From: a bacterium
GTDB taxonomy: Bacteria > Patescibacteriota > Microgenomatia > Daviesbacterales > UBA10151
Assembly (NCBI GenBank): GCA_021786105.1
Contig: JAJYNW010000015.1
Span: 18,752-82,751, forward strand
Length of the DNA: 64,000 nt
Direction: 5' to 3'
Below are positions 39,774 through 49,403 of the stretch, in pieces (position 1 is the stretch's first letter; the number at the start of each line of letters is the position of its first letter). A program made the position numbers and the translations under genes. A model generated the notes under the pieces. It was not told the DNA's origin. It worked only from the letters and a program-made list of their open reading frames with translations, and ran no database searches.

Positions 39774-40160
39774 TTAAGTTTGATTTTCCTTTGCGCGTTT
39801 CCAAGTCGCCACATCGGTAAAGATAATACTTAACGGCTCGCCATCCTTACTCTCGTGCTGTATCCTGTCGGTCTCAATCATTCCGTGGTCTGATTTCAAA
39901 AGAAAGATAATGACAGAAGGGCTTTTAAGTCCAAGTGTCTTTAGGGTCAGCCGTTGGTGATCCATTATGCGGTCTACCGCTCCGCAAAAGTCCTCATTAG
40001 CCTCGGACCAGCGTTTTAGACTATCTGTACTTACCCCTAAACGCTCGGCAAACTCTTCAAGAAAAGGTATTTTCCGGGCGTTTTTGCACTCTATGAGGTA
40101 CTTTTCCGCCTCTTTTATAAACTCTCCTTTGTACTTAGTTGGCCTACCCATTTTTGTCAT
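39774..40160 (-). CDS. Terminase small subunit-like DNA-packaging protein
   Basis: MGRPTKY N-terminus, HTH (FAERLGVSTDSLKRW), IIFLLK and a beta-strand tail, as in P22 gp3-type TerS. Confidence 0.7.
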   Translation of the reverse strand: MTKMGRPTKYKGEFIKEAEKYLIECKNARKIPFLEEFAERLGVSTDSLKRWSEANEDFCGAVDRIMDHQRLTLKTLGLKSPSVIIFLLKSDHGMIETDRIQHESKDGEPLSIIFTDVATWKRAKENQT

Positions 40161-40915
40161 ACTGATTTTTTCTGCTGTTCACCATGTTTTTCAAAATATT
40201 CCTTAACTTTTGCATTAAAAACCTTGCCTTTGTTCTCAATAGTAGGATCCTGTTTTATCTCCCTGACATACTGATAAAACATGTTTGGGGGTAGTCCTTT
40301 TTCTAATGCGCGCAAATAGGTTAATTTTAGTGCCCAAGGATGGTCTGGCTCTAGCGCTATATGTGCCTCATTGGCCGCAACCTCACCCTCGTTAGTGGGA
40401 TTAAAAAATTTACTTGTATAGTTTTTTTCCACTTCCATACCTAAAAACTCTTTATCGGCGACATATTCGCTTTTATTACTCTCTGTTGGATTTAATTCGC
40501 TTATATTAGATTGAGTAGCACTAGTGGTACCATTTTGTATCCCATCCGTCTCCAAATTGGATCCATTATTATTAGTAAGTGAGGGTAAATCCGAAGGTTT
40601 ATATCTATCACTTTTAATTTGTTGATACTTTCCCCAATTTATAAATTCAACAAACCACTCTTCAGTTTTCAGATTAGGCCACCAATATATCAATCCCGCA
40701 TCGTGCATTTCTTCTAAATAATGCTTAATTTTCTTAAATGACCATTTCTTCAAAGGAACGACAGTACCTTTTATGGACTCCGCTTCTCCTCGCATTCTTC
40801 CATCATCATCAGCGTGAGCAATCATCCAAGTAAAGAGTAGCTGCGCAGGTGGGGAAAGTTTATTTACCTGCAACGAGGTTGATATTTTGTTATGTAACAT
40901 TCGAGCTTTAGCCAT
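40157..40915 (-). CDS. Phage-type replication initiator / replisome organiser
   Basis: MAKARM...LLFTWMIAHADDDGR winged-helix N-terminus, INWGKYQ, low-complexity linker and helical C-terminal domain. Confidence 0.7.
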   Translation of the reverse strand: MAKARMLHNKISTSLQVNKLSPPAQLLFTWMIAHADDDGRMRGEAESIKGTVVPLKKWSFKKIKHYLEEMHDAGLIYWWPNLKTEEWFVEFINWGKYQQIKSDRYKPSDLPSLTNNNGSNLETDGIQNGTTSATQSNISELNPTESNKSEYVADKEFLGMEVEKNYTSKFFNPTNEGEVAANEAHIALEPDHPWALKLTYLRALEKGLPPNMFYQYVREIKQDPTIENKGKVFNAKVKEYFEKHGEQQKKSV

Positions 40916-41174
40916 GATTATTTTTATTTATTCGCGCTAAGGCGATACCCTTTTTTATTCTTTTGCTCATTTGCTGTTTATAGTAGGCATCGGTTAGCTT
41001 TTTTGCTCGTACATGGGTAAGTACAAGATTTACCCATTGTTCAGCAATTTTATCTATTTTCAGGTCCTTATTACTGTCGTTTTTGCTAATCATTTTTGTG
41101 AAAAAAGCCTGTCTTTTAATGACCTCAAAACTTCTGAGTATCGCCTCGCGTCGAGCTTTAAGCCACCAGACCAA
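40908..41174 (-). CDS. Small hypothetical protein (start uncertain, possibly 41093)
   Basis: Coupled between the neighbouring ORFs; IAEQWVNLVL helix. Confidence 0.45.
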   Translation of the reverse strand: MVWWLKARREAILRSFEVIKRQAFFTKMISKNDSNKDLKIDKIAEQWVNLVLTHVRAKKLTDAYYKQQMSKRIKKGIALARINKNNHG

Positions 41175-41341
41175 TAGTCGTTGGCTAGTTGTTCACAAAC
41201 AGATTTATTGGCAAAAATGAACCAGAAGAATTTACTTTCTTTTTGGAGTCTTAGTAGTTGTACAGAAGAACAGATTAGCCCAGCTGCCTCGCCGAGGTCT
41301 TTCGTAAAATATTCATCAATATACGCCTTATCCATATACAT
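41090..41341 (-). CDS. DUF5659-like small phage/MGE protein
   Basis: FTKDLGEAAGL...FWFIF...YWSGGLKLDARRY...LKDRLF. Confidence 0.65.
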   Translation of the reverse strand: MYMDKAYIDEYFTKDLGEAAGLICSSVQLLRLQKESKFFWFIFANKSVCEQLANDYWSGGLKLDARRYSEVLRSLKDRLFSQK

Positions 41342-41428
41342 ATATGATCAGGCATATCCGTGAGGTTGAATACACGAGGTAAAAACTACTTCAGCCTTAT
41401 TTTGGAGCAATTTTGAGGATATTTGAGG

Positions 41429-41875
41429 TTATGGTTTAATTTCTACTTTACAATTCAGACCGAACCCCTTGTCTACAATAAAAAAGTCGTTAACCTTATC
41501 CTTCACCAAACCGAGCTCTTTTCTAATTGTTTGGATCGTATCTCGCGCTCTTCGATCTGGAGTTGAATCACTGTATTCGCGAGCCTTATTCAAAACCTCA
41601 GCTGTTTGATCGGCTGTATATATTTTCCCTGGATATTGGATCAAAAGTGACAATAATAGATAGCCGTTGTCTCTAGGACCAAAGTGGCCTGTATGGTTTT
41701 TACCAGATCTGTCTATATAAGTAACATTTCCGGTGCTTTTATAAAATTCTAAAGTGTTCGATCGATCCGCTAACATACCCCGCTGATCTATTATTTTTTG
41801 TTTATTATTTCGTGGATTGGTTTGCCCAGAAATTAAAACATAGTCCTGAAGTTGTTTATTTTTCCCCATATACAT
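41429..41875 (-). CDS. Winged-helix DNA-binding protein (OmpR C-terminal-like)
   Basis: LLSLLIQYPGKIYT...RDTIQTIRKELG...KGFGL. Confidence 0.6.
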   Translation of the reverse strand: MYMGKNKQLQDYVLISGQTNPRNNKQKIIDQRGMLADRSNTLEFYKSTGNVTYIDRSGKNHTGHFGPRDNGYLLLSLLIQYPGKIYTADQTAEVLNKAREYSDSTPDRRARDTIQTIRKELGLVKDKVNDFFIVDKGFGLNCKVEIKP

Positions 41876-41942
41876 CTACATTTCCGGGCAGGAGATCTTT
41901 ATTTTAGCAGAAAATTATGTTCAGTTCTTCTCTCTCGACAGC

Positions 41943-42563
41943 TTACAGCGAGGTAAGTCCGTCATACTTTGCGGCGCGGTGATTAGTGTTATCCGTAAAA
42001 TAGTACTGAGCAATTTTGTATCCATAAGCGGTTTGGTCAAGTTCCAGCGCCATGCGCACTACCTTCGCGACATAGCCGACAAACTCGCCTCCAGATGGGA
42101 TTATGCGCAACTCATCTACAATAACGCGCACTCGCGCGCCCTGTCGGCTCACGCTGCGCACATAATGCGCATCAACGGAGAAATTACGCCCTTGTGTTGC
42201 AAAAAGTCGCGCCGGGTTTGATACACCAACACGCGCGAGATCCACACCGAGTATAGAGTCTAGTTCTGACTGTTCCTCTTTTGTTTCAGGTGAAGAAAAG
42301 AAGTTCATGACTTTCTCCGCATCTCTTTGCTGTAGTGCGTTTTCAAAGGTATCCGTCAAAGCCACAACCTGTGTTTGTTTATCATCACTGACACCTGAAG
42401 CGCTAATTCCTTGCGCTTCGAGAACAATCTCGTTTCCGGTGTTTATCTGTTGAGTTTGGGGAGTAACGCGATGTGCAAACCACCCAATTGAAAAGCCCAG
42501 TAATAAGAATCCGGCAGGAACGAGTAGCATGAGCGCTTTGTATTTTTGGAAAGTGTTAAACAT
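41943..42563 (-). CDS. Membrane-anchored exported protein (NTF2-like fold possible)
   Basis: N-terminal TM helix; FENALQQRDAEKVMNFFS helix pattern. Confidence 0.6.
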   Translation of the reverse strand: MFNTFQKYKALMLLVPAGFLLLGFSIGWFAHRVTPQTQQINTGNEIVLEAQGISASGVSDDKQTQVVALTDTFENALQQRDAEKVMNFFSSPETKEEQSELDSILGVDLARVGVSNPARLFATQGRNFSVDAHYVRSVSRQGARVRVIVDELRIIPSGGEFVGYVAKVVRMALELDQTAYGYKIAQYYFTDNTNHRAAKYDGLTSL

Positions 42564-42567
42564 AATT

Positions 42568-42780
42568 TTATTTACCCCAAACACGAAAGATAATAAGACA
42601 AGGAACAGAGACAATAATGCTTCCTAAAATAAATTGAGTAAAGTTTGGCTCAGTCCAAGACCTTAGAACTGTCGTTCCCTGAGTTTCTACAACTGGGGTA
42701 AGTGTAAAAACAAACATTAGGGCGATCAAAACAACCCAAACAGTCAAAATTACCTTTTGGCTTTTATTTAATGTTTTCAT
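42568..42780 (-). CDS. Small two-TM membrane protein
   Basis: 70 aa, two hydrophobic helices, GGAG RBS. Confidence 0.6.
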   Translation of the reverse strand: MKTLNKSQKVILTVWVVLIALMFVFTLTPVVETQGTTVLRSWTEPNFTQFILGSIIVSVPCLIIFRVWGK

Positions 42781-42826
42781 TCTCCATGCTCACCCCCTTT
42801 GGGTTTTTGCTGGAGAGGAATGTAAA

Positions 42827-42952
42827 AGCTCCCCGCTAGCGATGGCTTGCGCCACCTGCAAACCTTTCGGTCTGCAACCTTCGCAGGTGCTCTAACGAGG
42901 AGCTGTTTCCTGCGAAGGTTTTGATGCCATGCCCCTTACGGGGTTTAGGCAA
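42827..42952 (-). ncRNA. Unidentified structured RNA
   Basis: Several long stems, a GAAA tetraloop hairpin and an 11-nt-receptor-like CCTAAA/CATGG hairpin. Confidence 0.55.
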
Positions 42953-42968
42953 TATTAAAATGTGAGGT

Positions 42969-42994
42969 AATTATACAACATTTGATGTATAATT
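42969..42994. promoter_or_regulatory. Palindromic divergent promoter/operator
   Basis: AATTATACA-8 nt-TGTATAATT places a TATAAT -10 box on each strand between the divergent arms of the element. Confidence 0.6.
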
Positions 42995-43028
42995 GGGTGG
43001 AAGTTTTTTGTCTTAATAAGGGTATTAC

Positions 43029-43214
43029 ATGCCAAGAGCCATAAAACTATTAAGAATACGCGAGGCGGCGGAAATGTTGGGGGTAAACCCCGAAACGCTA
43101 CGGCGTTGGGACAAAAGCGGCAAACTTAAACCTATCATCATAAGTAAACGCGGTGATAGGCGCTATAAAAAGGAGGATATTGTACGGTTCCTTAAAAAAC
43201 TTGCCGAACAATAA
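43029..43214 (+). CDS. Excisionase/MerR-like HTH protein
   Basis: LLRIREAAEMLGVNPETLRRWDKSGKL...GDRRY. Confidence 0.85.
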   Translation: MPRAIKLLRIREAAEMLGVNPETLRRWDKSGKLKPIIISKRGDRRYKKEDIVRFLKKLAEQ

Positions 43215-43228
43215 CTATAAAAATAAAT

Positions 43229-45931
43229 ATGGAATATGTTGATGAGCACGCCACGCGCAAAAAGTGGATAGACGATAAACTCAAAAAATCGGGTTGGGAA
43301 AACATTATCCCCTACAAAGAGGGCTTAGATACAACCACACTACACAAAACCGCAGTTGAGGAGTTTGTTACCGCGACTGGACCCGTTGATTATGCGCTTT
43401 TTGCCAATGGTAAATTAGTTGCGTTTGTTGAGGCTAAAAAAATCGGTCTTGGTCCCCAAAATGTATTATCCCAAGCTCAACGTTATGTAAAAGGTGCCCA
43501 AGCTCAAGGACAGGAAGTGCCGTTTATTTATTCCACAAATGGCGAAGTGATTTGGTTCCAAGATTTACGCATAAGCCCAAGCCGCTCACGCCAAGTCGCG
43601 GAATTTCACACACCAAAGGCACTTATTGAATACCTCACCAACCCGACCCATGAGAATGTACGTTGGTTTACCGATAACCCGCCCGATTATGCCAAGTTAC
43701 GCTACTACCAACGCGACGCTATTGTTGCCATTGAAAACGCCATAGCTAATCACAAACGCTCAATGCTTGTTGCTATGGCAACTGGTACGGGCAAGACATT
43801 TACTATTGCCTCACTCGCTTACCGCTTGCTCAAATCGGGTGTAAGCAAACGCATTTTGTTTTTAGTTGACCGTAAAGCGTTAGCCGCCCAAGCAGTGATG
43901 GAGTTTGCGGCATATGAGGCGGAAAACGGCTTAAAGTTTAACCAAATATACCAAGTGTATAGCCAACGTTTTCACCTAGACGATTTTGAAAGTGATGAAA
44001 AAGTTGATTTTAATATGGTACCCACAAGTTACCTTACCGACCCCGACGGGAACCAAGTATTTGTATATGTATCAACCATACAGCGGATGCAAATTAACTT
44101 ATACGGCAAGGAGGGAATGTTTAGTTACAGTGGTGATTATGACCCCGACGATGATGCCGATAAAATTGATATGCCTATTAACGCCTTTGATACGATTGTT
44201 GCCGATGAATGTCATAGAGGTTATACCTCACAGGAAGTGAGCAAGTGGCGTGGCGTACTTGACCATTTTGATGCCTTAAAAATAGGACTTACGGCAACAC
44301 CAGCGGCACACACAACTAGCTATTTTAAGGAAATTGCCTACCGCTACACCTATGAGCAAGCCGTACAAGATGGGTATTTGGTTGATTATGACGCCGTAAA
44401 AATATCCTCAGGTGTTCGTATTAAAGGCATTACCCTAAAAGAGGGTGAAGAGGTTGAGCAAGTTGATACCGAAACGGGAGCGCAACAACTTGATTTACTT
44501 GAGGACGAGCGGCATTTTGAGGTTGCTGATGTTGAGCGCGATATTACCGCGCCCGATAGCAACCGCAAAATTATCCAGGAGTTTGCAAAATATGCCCTTG
44601 AGCAAGAAAAAGAATTAGAGCGTTTCCCCAAAAGTTTGATCTTTGCCCATAATGACCTGCCACACACGTCTCACGCCGACCAGTTGGTTGATATTTGCCG
44701 TGATGTATTTGGCAGGGGTGATGCATTCGTGCAAAAAATAACGGGTTCACCCACCGTTGACCGACCGCTCACCCGCATAAAGGAGTTTAGAAACCGCCCC
44801 GACCCTCATATTGTTATCACCGTGGACATGCTATCAACAGGTGTCGATATACCCTCAATTGAAAATATTGTGTTTTTGCGCGCTGTAAAATCGCGTATTC
44901 TCTTTGAGCAAATGCTTGGGCGTGGCACAAGACTTTGCAAAAACTTCCCCAATGGTCTAGGCACGCTCGAAAAAACTCACTTTACGGTGTTTGACTGCTT
45001 TGACGGCACGCTTTTGGAAGCATTCAAAAATAGCACAGGTATTACCCAGGTCACACCAGTAAACCCAACCCGTACTATTGAACAAATTATTAGCGATATA
45101 AACAACAACATTGATGTTGAATACAATACGCGTTGCCTCGTAAAGCGATTGCAACGCATCGCCAAAAACATTACCTCTGAGGGTCGGGAAATGTTTGCTA
45201 AATACATAGCCGATGGCGACATTGCCGCCTTTGCCAAAAACTTACCCGATGCTTTAGCTACCGAAAGGGTTGCAACTCTTAAAATACTTACTGACCAAAA
45301 GTTTATTGACCTGCTTATACATTACCCGCGCCCCCCAAAGCGGTTTATACGCGCTATTGAGCAAGAAGACATTGTAGCCTCGGAATATATATTTAGGACA
45401 ACCGACGGGCGCGAGTTAAAGCCCGAGGACTATATAACCCAATTCGAGCGGTTTGTTAAGGAAAACCCCGAACACATTGAGGCAATAAGCATTGTACTTA
45501 ATAAGCCAAAAGGGTGGAACACGGAAGCACTTAAGGAATTGCGTACCTCGCTTGCCCAACAACCCGAACGTTTTACCGAGGAAAACCTGCGCCGAGCCTA
45601 CAAATACCCGCTTGCCGACATTATTTCAATGGTTAAGCACGCCGCCAAAGATGAACCGCTACTGTCCGCCAAAGAGCGAGTTGATTTAGCAATGGCAAAA
45701 GTAATGGGTGATAAAAAAGTTACCGACAAACAAGAGCAATGGTTGGAGCTTATAAAGCTACACCTTGTTGAAAACTTAACAATTGATGTGCAGGACTTTG
45801 ATGAAATGCCAATCTTTGTTAATCTCGGTGGAAGCTTTAAGCGCATTAACGCCGATTTTGACGGTAAGTTAATGCCATTTATAAATGAGATTAACGCAAC
45901 AATACCAGCCGTTTATGCCTATGCAAACTAA
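43229..45931 (+). CDS. hsdR: Type I restriction enzyme R subunit (EcoEI-like)
   Basis: VDYAL...VEAKK nuclease motif, MATGTGKT, DECHR, LTATP, MLSTGVD and QMLGRGTR. Confidence 0.95.
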   Translation: MEYVDEHATRKKWIDDKLKKSGWENIIPYKEGLDTTTLHKTAVEEFVTATGPVDYALFANGKLVAFVEAKKIGLGPQNVLSQAQRYVKGAQAQGQEVPFIYSTNGEVIWFQDLRISPSRSRQVAEFHTPKALIEYLTNPTHENVRWFTDNPPDYAKLRYYQRDAIVAIENAIANHKRSMLVAMATGTGKTFTIASLAYRLLKSGVSKRILFLVDRKALAAQAVMEFAAYEAENGLKFNQIYQVYSQRFHLDDFESDEKVDFNMVPTSYLTDPDGNQVFVYVSTIQRMQINLYGKEGMFSYSGDYDPDDDADKIDMPINAFDTIVADECHRGYTSQEVSKWRGVLDHFDALKIGLTATPAAHTTSYFKEIAYRYTYEQAVQDGYLVDYDAVKISSGVRIKGITLKEGEEVEQVDTETGAQQLDLLEDERHFEVADVERDITAPDSNRKIIQEFAKYALEQEKELERFPKSLIFAHNDLPHTSHADQLVDICRDVFGRGDAFVQKITGSPTVDRPLTRIKEFRNRPDPHIVITVDMLSTGVDIPSIENIVFLRAVKSRILFEQMLGRGTRLCKNFPNGLGTLEKTHFTVFDCFDGTLLEAFKNSTGITQVTPVNPTRTIEQIISDINNNIDVEYNTRCLVKRLQRIAKNITSEGREMFAKYIADGDIAAFAKNLPDALATERVATLKILTDQKFIDLLIHYPRPPKRFIRAIEQEDIVASEYIFRTTDGRELKPEDYITQFERFVKENPEHIEAISIVLNKPKGWNTEALKELRTSLAQQPERFTEENLRRAYKYPLADIISMVKHAAKDEPLLSAKERVDLAMAKVMGDKKVTDKQEQWLELIKLHLVENLTIDVQDFDEMPIFVNLGGSFKRINADFDGKLMPFINEINATIPAVYAYAN

Positions 45932-47342
45932 TACAAATATTGTCAATAAATTATGGGGATACTGTCATGTTTTGCGCCATGACGGTATGGACTACGGCGA
46001 TTACGTTGAGCAACTAACCTACTTGCTTTTCCTCAAAATGGCGGAGGAAAAAGGGGCAGTTATACCCAAGGAATATTCTTGGTCGGTATTAAAAACTAAA
46101 TCGGGTACGGAGTTGCTTGATTTTTATAGCGAGCTTTTGCGTGGGCTTGCCAAACAAGAGGGGTTATTGGGTGCGATATTTGTAGAGGCGCTTTCAAAGT
46201 TTACAAAGCCCGTAGGCCTTAAAAGGTTAATTGATTTGATTGATGAAATTGAGTGGTCGGCGTTAAACATTGATGTTAAAGCCCAAGCCTATGAGGGGTT
46301 ATTAGAAAAATCAGCCGCCGAAGGCAAAAAGGGTGCAGGACAATACTTCACGCCCCGTGTGCTTATCCAATCAATTATAAATGTAATGAAACCCGACCCA
46401 AGGGTGTCAAAAGATTTTACCGTTTGTGATCCCGCCGCAGGTACTGGCGGTTTTTTGCTTAGTGCTTACGAGTGGTTTTTACACCAAACGGGTGGCGCAA
46501 TTAACCGTGATGATTTGGAGCGCATAAAGAAAAACACTTATTTTGGCACCGAGCTTGTAGCACGTCCTCGAAGGCTTGCACTTATGAACCTTTATTTGCA
46601 TGGAATAATTTCAAATATTCGCTTGGGCGATAGTATTTATGAACCCGACCGAGGCGAGAGGTTCGATGTAGTTTTGACTAACCCGCCCTTTGGTACCAAA
46701 GGTGCAAACCAAATACCCGAACGGCAAGACTTTACGGTCGATACAAGTAACAAGCAACTTAATTTTGTCCAACACATTCTTACCATCCTTAAACCTGGTG
46801 GTAGGGCGGCTATTGTGTTGCCCGACAACGTGCTATTTGGCGACCAAGCCGCAGAGGTATTCAAAATACTCATGCAAGATTGTAACCTGCATACTATTTT
46901 GCGTTTACCAAGAGGTACTTTTACCCCATACAGCCAAGGAGTAAAGGCAAATGTAGTGTTTTTTACCAAGGGGATACCCACCGAAAATGTGTGGATATAT
47001 GATGCACGTACCAATGTGCCAGGGATAACTAAAAAAGACCGTCCATTAACACATAGACACTTTGAGGAGTTTGAAAAGTGTTATGGCGATAACGCGAGTG
47101 GACAATCACCCCGTGATGAAAATCACTCTAAGGAAAACCGATGGAAAAAGTTTACTGTGGTTCAAGTTAAGGAGAAAAATTACAAACTGGATAGCTTTAA
47201 GTGGCTAAAAGAGGAAGACATTGAGAATAGTAACGAGATTGGTGAACCAGAGGAAATTATTGTAGACGTAAAGTCTAGTCTTGAGGAAGCGCTTGCAAGC
47301 CTTGATAAGGTCTATGAGCAACTTACTAACGATGACAAATAA
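45915..47342 (+). CDS. hsdM: Type I R-M N6-adenine methyltransferase
   Basis: GQYFTPR, DPAAGTGGFL and NPPF; start at 45915 or 45921. Confidence 0.95.
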   Translation: MPMQTNTNIVNKLWGYCHVLRHDGMDYGDYVEQLTYLLFLKMAEEKGAVIPKEYSWSVLKTKSGTELLDFYSELLRGLAKQEGLLGAIFVEALSKFTKPVGLKRLIDLIDEIEWSALNIDVKAQAYEGLLEKSAAEGKKGAGQYFTPRVLIQSIINVMKPDPRVSKDFTVCDPAAGTGGFLLSAYEWFLHQTGGAINRDDLERIKKNTYFGTELVARPRRLALMNLYLHGIISNIRLGDSIYEPDRGERFDVVLTNPPFGTKGANQIPERQDFTVDTSNKQLNFVQHILTILKPGGRAAIVLPDNVLFGDQAAEVFKILMQDCNLHTILRLPRGTFTPYSQGVKANVVFFTKGIPTENVWIYDARTNVPGITKKDRPLTHRHFEEFEKCYGDNASGQSPRDENHSKENRWKKFTVVQVKEKNYKLDSFKWLKEEDIENSNEIGEPEEIIVDVKSSLEEALASLDKVYEQLTNDDK

Positions 47343-48552
47343 TGGAACTTATAAAATCGGTGACATTTGTGACGTAAAAACGGGTAAAAAGGATGTTAAT
47401 GCCGAAAATGTTGATGGAAAATATCCCTTTTTTACCTGTGCGCAGGGTATTCATAAAATCAATACCTATACTTTTGATGATGAAGCTGTTCTTGTAGCAG
47501 GAAACGGTTTTTTTAACGTTAAGTATTACAAAGGCAAGTTTGACGCATACCAACGAACTTATGTGCTACACAATTTCAAAAGTAACATTAGAGGGAAATA
47601 CCTTTATTACTTCATTAATCACAGGCTTGACGATATAACTAAGGATAATAGAGGTAGCACAATAAGGTATATAAGGCTTGGTGATATTACAGAGCAACAG
47701 GTTTCCCTACCTCCAATTGAACAACAGGACAAAGCAATCGAACTACTCGACCAAGCAATACAAGAAATTAGTTTAGGAAGTGAAAAGGTTAGTAAATCAC
47801 GATTGCTCGTTCAAAAGTTTAAGCAAGCAATTTTATCCGCCGCAGTTACAGGTAAACTTACAGAAAATTGGCGCGCAAAAAATTATGACGACGACACTTA
47901 TCAAGATTTTAACCTTGAAAATGGGGAGGTTATACAAATCCCTGCACTTTGGGAAAGAAGGGCTATTGGAGATTTTGTTTTAGACATAGAGGCAGGCAAA
48001 AACTTTACTTGCCCCGAAGTGCCTGTAAGTGGCAACAATGTTGGGATAGTAAAAATTAGTGCTGTAACTTGGGGTGAATTTGATGAAAAGGAAACTAAAA
48101 CCGTAGAGGATGAGAGTAAAATTGATGAAAAGTTATTTATTAACAAGGAAGATTTTTTAATCTCACGAGCAAATACAATTGAATTAGTCGGAGCTTCCGT
48201 GGTTGTTGGAGAGGTTAGGCATAAGATTATGCTAAGCGATAAGGTATGGCGTGTTAATTTTGAGGATATAAACAAGGAATATGTTAATTACTACCTAAAA
48301 TCACGTATTGGCAGATCCGAAATTGAGGCACGAGCGACAGGCAACCAACAATCAATGCGCAACATATCCCAAAGTAACTTTAAGGCAATTAACTTACCTA
48401 CTCCAAGTGATAATGAACAAGCCGAAATTGTAAGAATTGTAAAGCAATATCTTGAGATTGCAAACCAAGTTGAAAAGCAAATTGAAAAAGCCGAAGCACG
48501 GGTGTCAAAACTTACCCAAGCCATTTTGGCAAAAACGTTTAGACAAGAATAA
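47332..48552 (+). CDS. hsdS: Type I R-M specificity subunit
   Basis: Two TRDs separated by LPPIEQQ...KQAILSAAVTGKLT; C-terminal EQAEIV...QAILAKTF. Confidence 0.93.
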   Translation: MTNNGTYKIGDICDVKTGKKDVNAENVDGKYPFFTCAQGIHKINTYTFDDEAVLVAGNGFFNVKYYKGKFDAYQRTYVLHNFKSNIRGKYLYYFINHRLDDITKDNRGSTIRYIRLGDITEQQVSLPPIEQQDKAIELLDQAIQEISLGSEKVSKSRLLVQKFKQAILSAAVTGKLTENWRAKNYDDDTYQDFNLENGEVIQIPALWERRAIGDFVLDIEAGKNFTCPEVPVSGNNVGIVKISAVTWGEFDEKETKTVEDESKIDEKLFINKEDFLISRANTIELVGASVVVGEVRHKIMLSDKVWRVNFEDINKEYVNYYLKSRIGRSEIEARATGNQQSMRNISQSNFKAINLPTPSDNEQAEIVRIVKQYLEIANQVEKQIEKAEARVSKLTQAILAKTFRQE

Positions 48553-48560
48553 AAATAACC

Positions 48561-49403
48561 ATGTCATATGTATCAAGTGGGTTAATTAACCAAGTATCGG
48601 GTGGTGTATCGCAAAGCGCCGTTGATGCAATATCGGCGTTTCAAAACAATGTACGCTCCCTTTTACAACTAAGCTACGACACTTTTTTACAAGGAAGTTA
48701 TGCTAACGACACCGAAATAAAGGACTTTAATGATGTTGACATTGTGGCATTACAAAAACCATTACAAGGGCTACTTTCAAGTTTTAGCGCGTCAACAAAC
48801 TTGTTTTACGACGTTAAAACTAAGTTGGAAACAAACCAAAATTATAGAGGCCGAATAACGGTTGGGCGCAAATGTTTAACCCTTGATTTAGGCACAAGAA
48901 AAGCGGATATTGTGCCAGCAAGACGTACGATGGGCGGGCAACCTAATGCTTATGGCGAGCCGATTTTAATTGGGCAAAACATTCCAAATTATCCAAAAAC
49001 TCACATAAGTATCGGTCAAGCTAAAAACCAACGAACAAACAACAATTATAAACGTGTGGTTCGTATGGTTAAAAATTATGTAAACAAGTGGAACCTTAAA
49101 GGTGTAGCTCCTTCCTTTTATGTTGAATGTATGATTTACAGCTACACCGACGCCACGTTTTCCAACGACCTACCTTACACACTTAACAATATACTTACAC
49201 ACATGGTTGGTAATAATTTCAGTGCAGGTTTTCGTACCGTTGCAGGGGACAAAATTGTAATTTCACAAACCGAGTGGTTTCCCCAAAGTTTTTTCGCTTT
49301 TAGGCAACACGTAGCGGCAAAGTTGCCTTACCTTAGTTCAGCGGTTATGGCTACCAGCGAAGCAAATGCAAATAGCTATTTCAGGAGCTTTTTTAATATA
49401 TGA
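48561..49403 (+). CDS. CBASS cGAS/DncV-like nucleotidyltransferase (CD-NTase, CdnE-like)
   Basis: LQGSYANDT...DVD, ADIVPA, NYPKTH...KN..T...YKRVVRMVK and PSFYVEC. Confidence 0.88.
   Translation: MSYVSSGLINQVSGGVSQSAVDAISAFQNNVRSLLQLSYDTFLQGSYANDTEIKDFNDVDIVALQKPLQGLLSSFSASTNLFYDVKTKLETNQNYRGRITVGRKCLTLDLGTRKADIVPARRTMGGQPNAYGEPILIGQNIPNYPKTHISIGQAKNQRTNNNYKRVVRMVKNYVNKWNLKGVAPSFYVECMIYSYTDATFSNDLPYTLNNILTHMVGNNFSAGFRTVAGDKIVISQTEWFPQSFFAFRQHVAAKLPYLSSAVMATSEANANSYFRSFFNI

Noticed and set aside
42827-42952. Canonical c-di-GMP-I riboswitch
   Set aside because: It shares tetraloop/receptor parts and GCAA-like words, but the receptor precedes the tetraloop and the canonical order is not kept; reported as an unidentified RNA instead.
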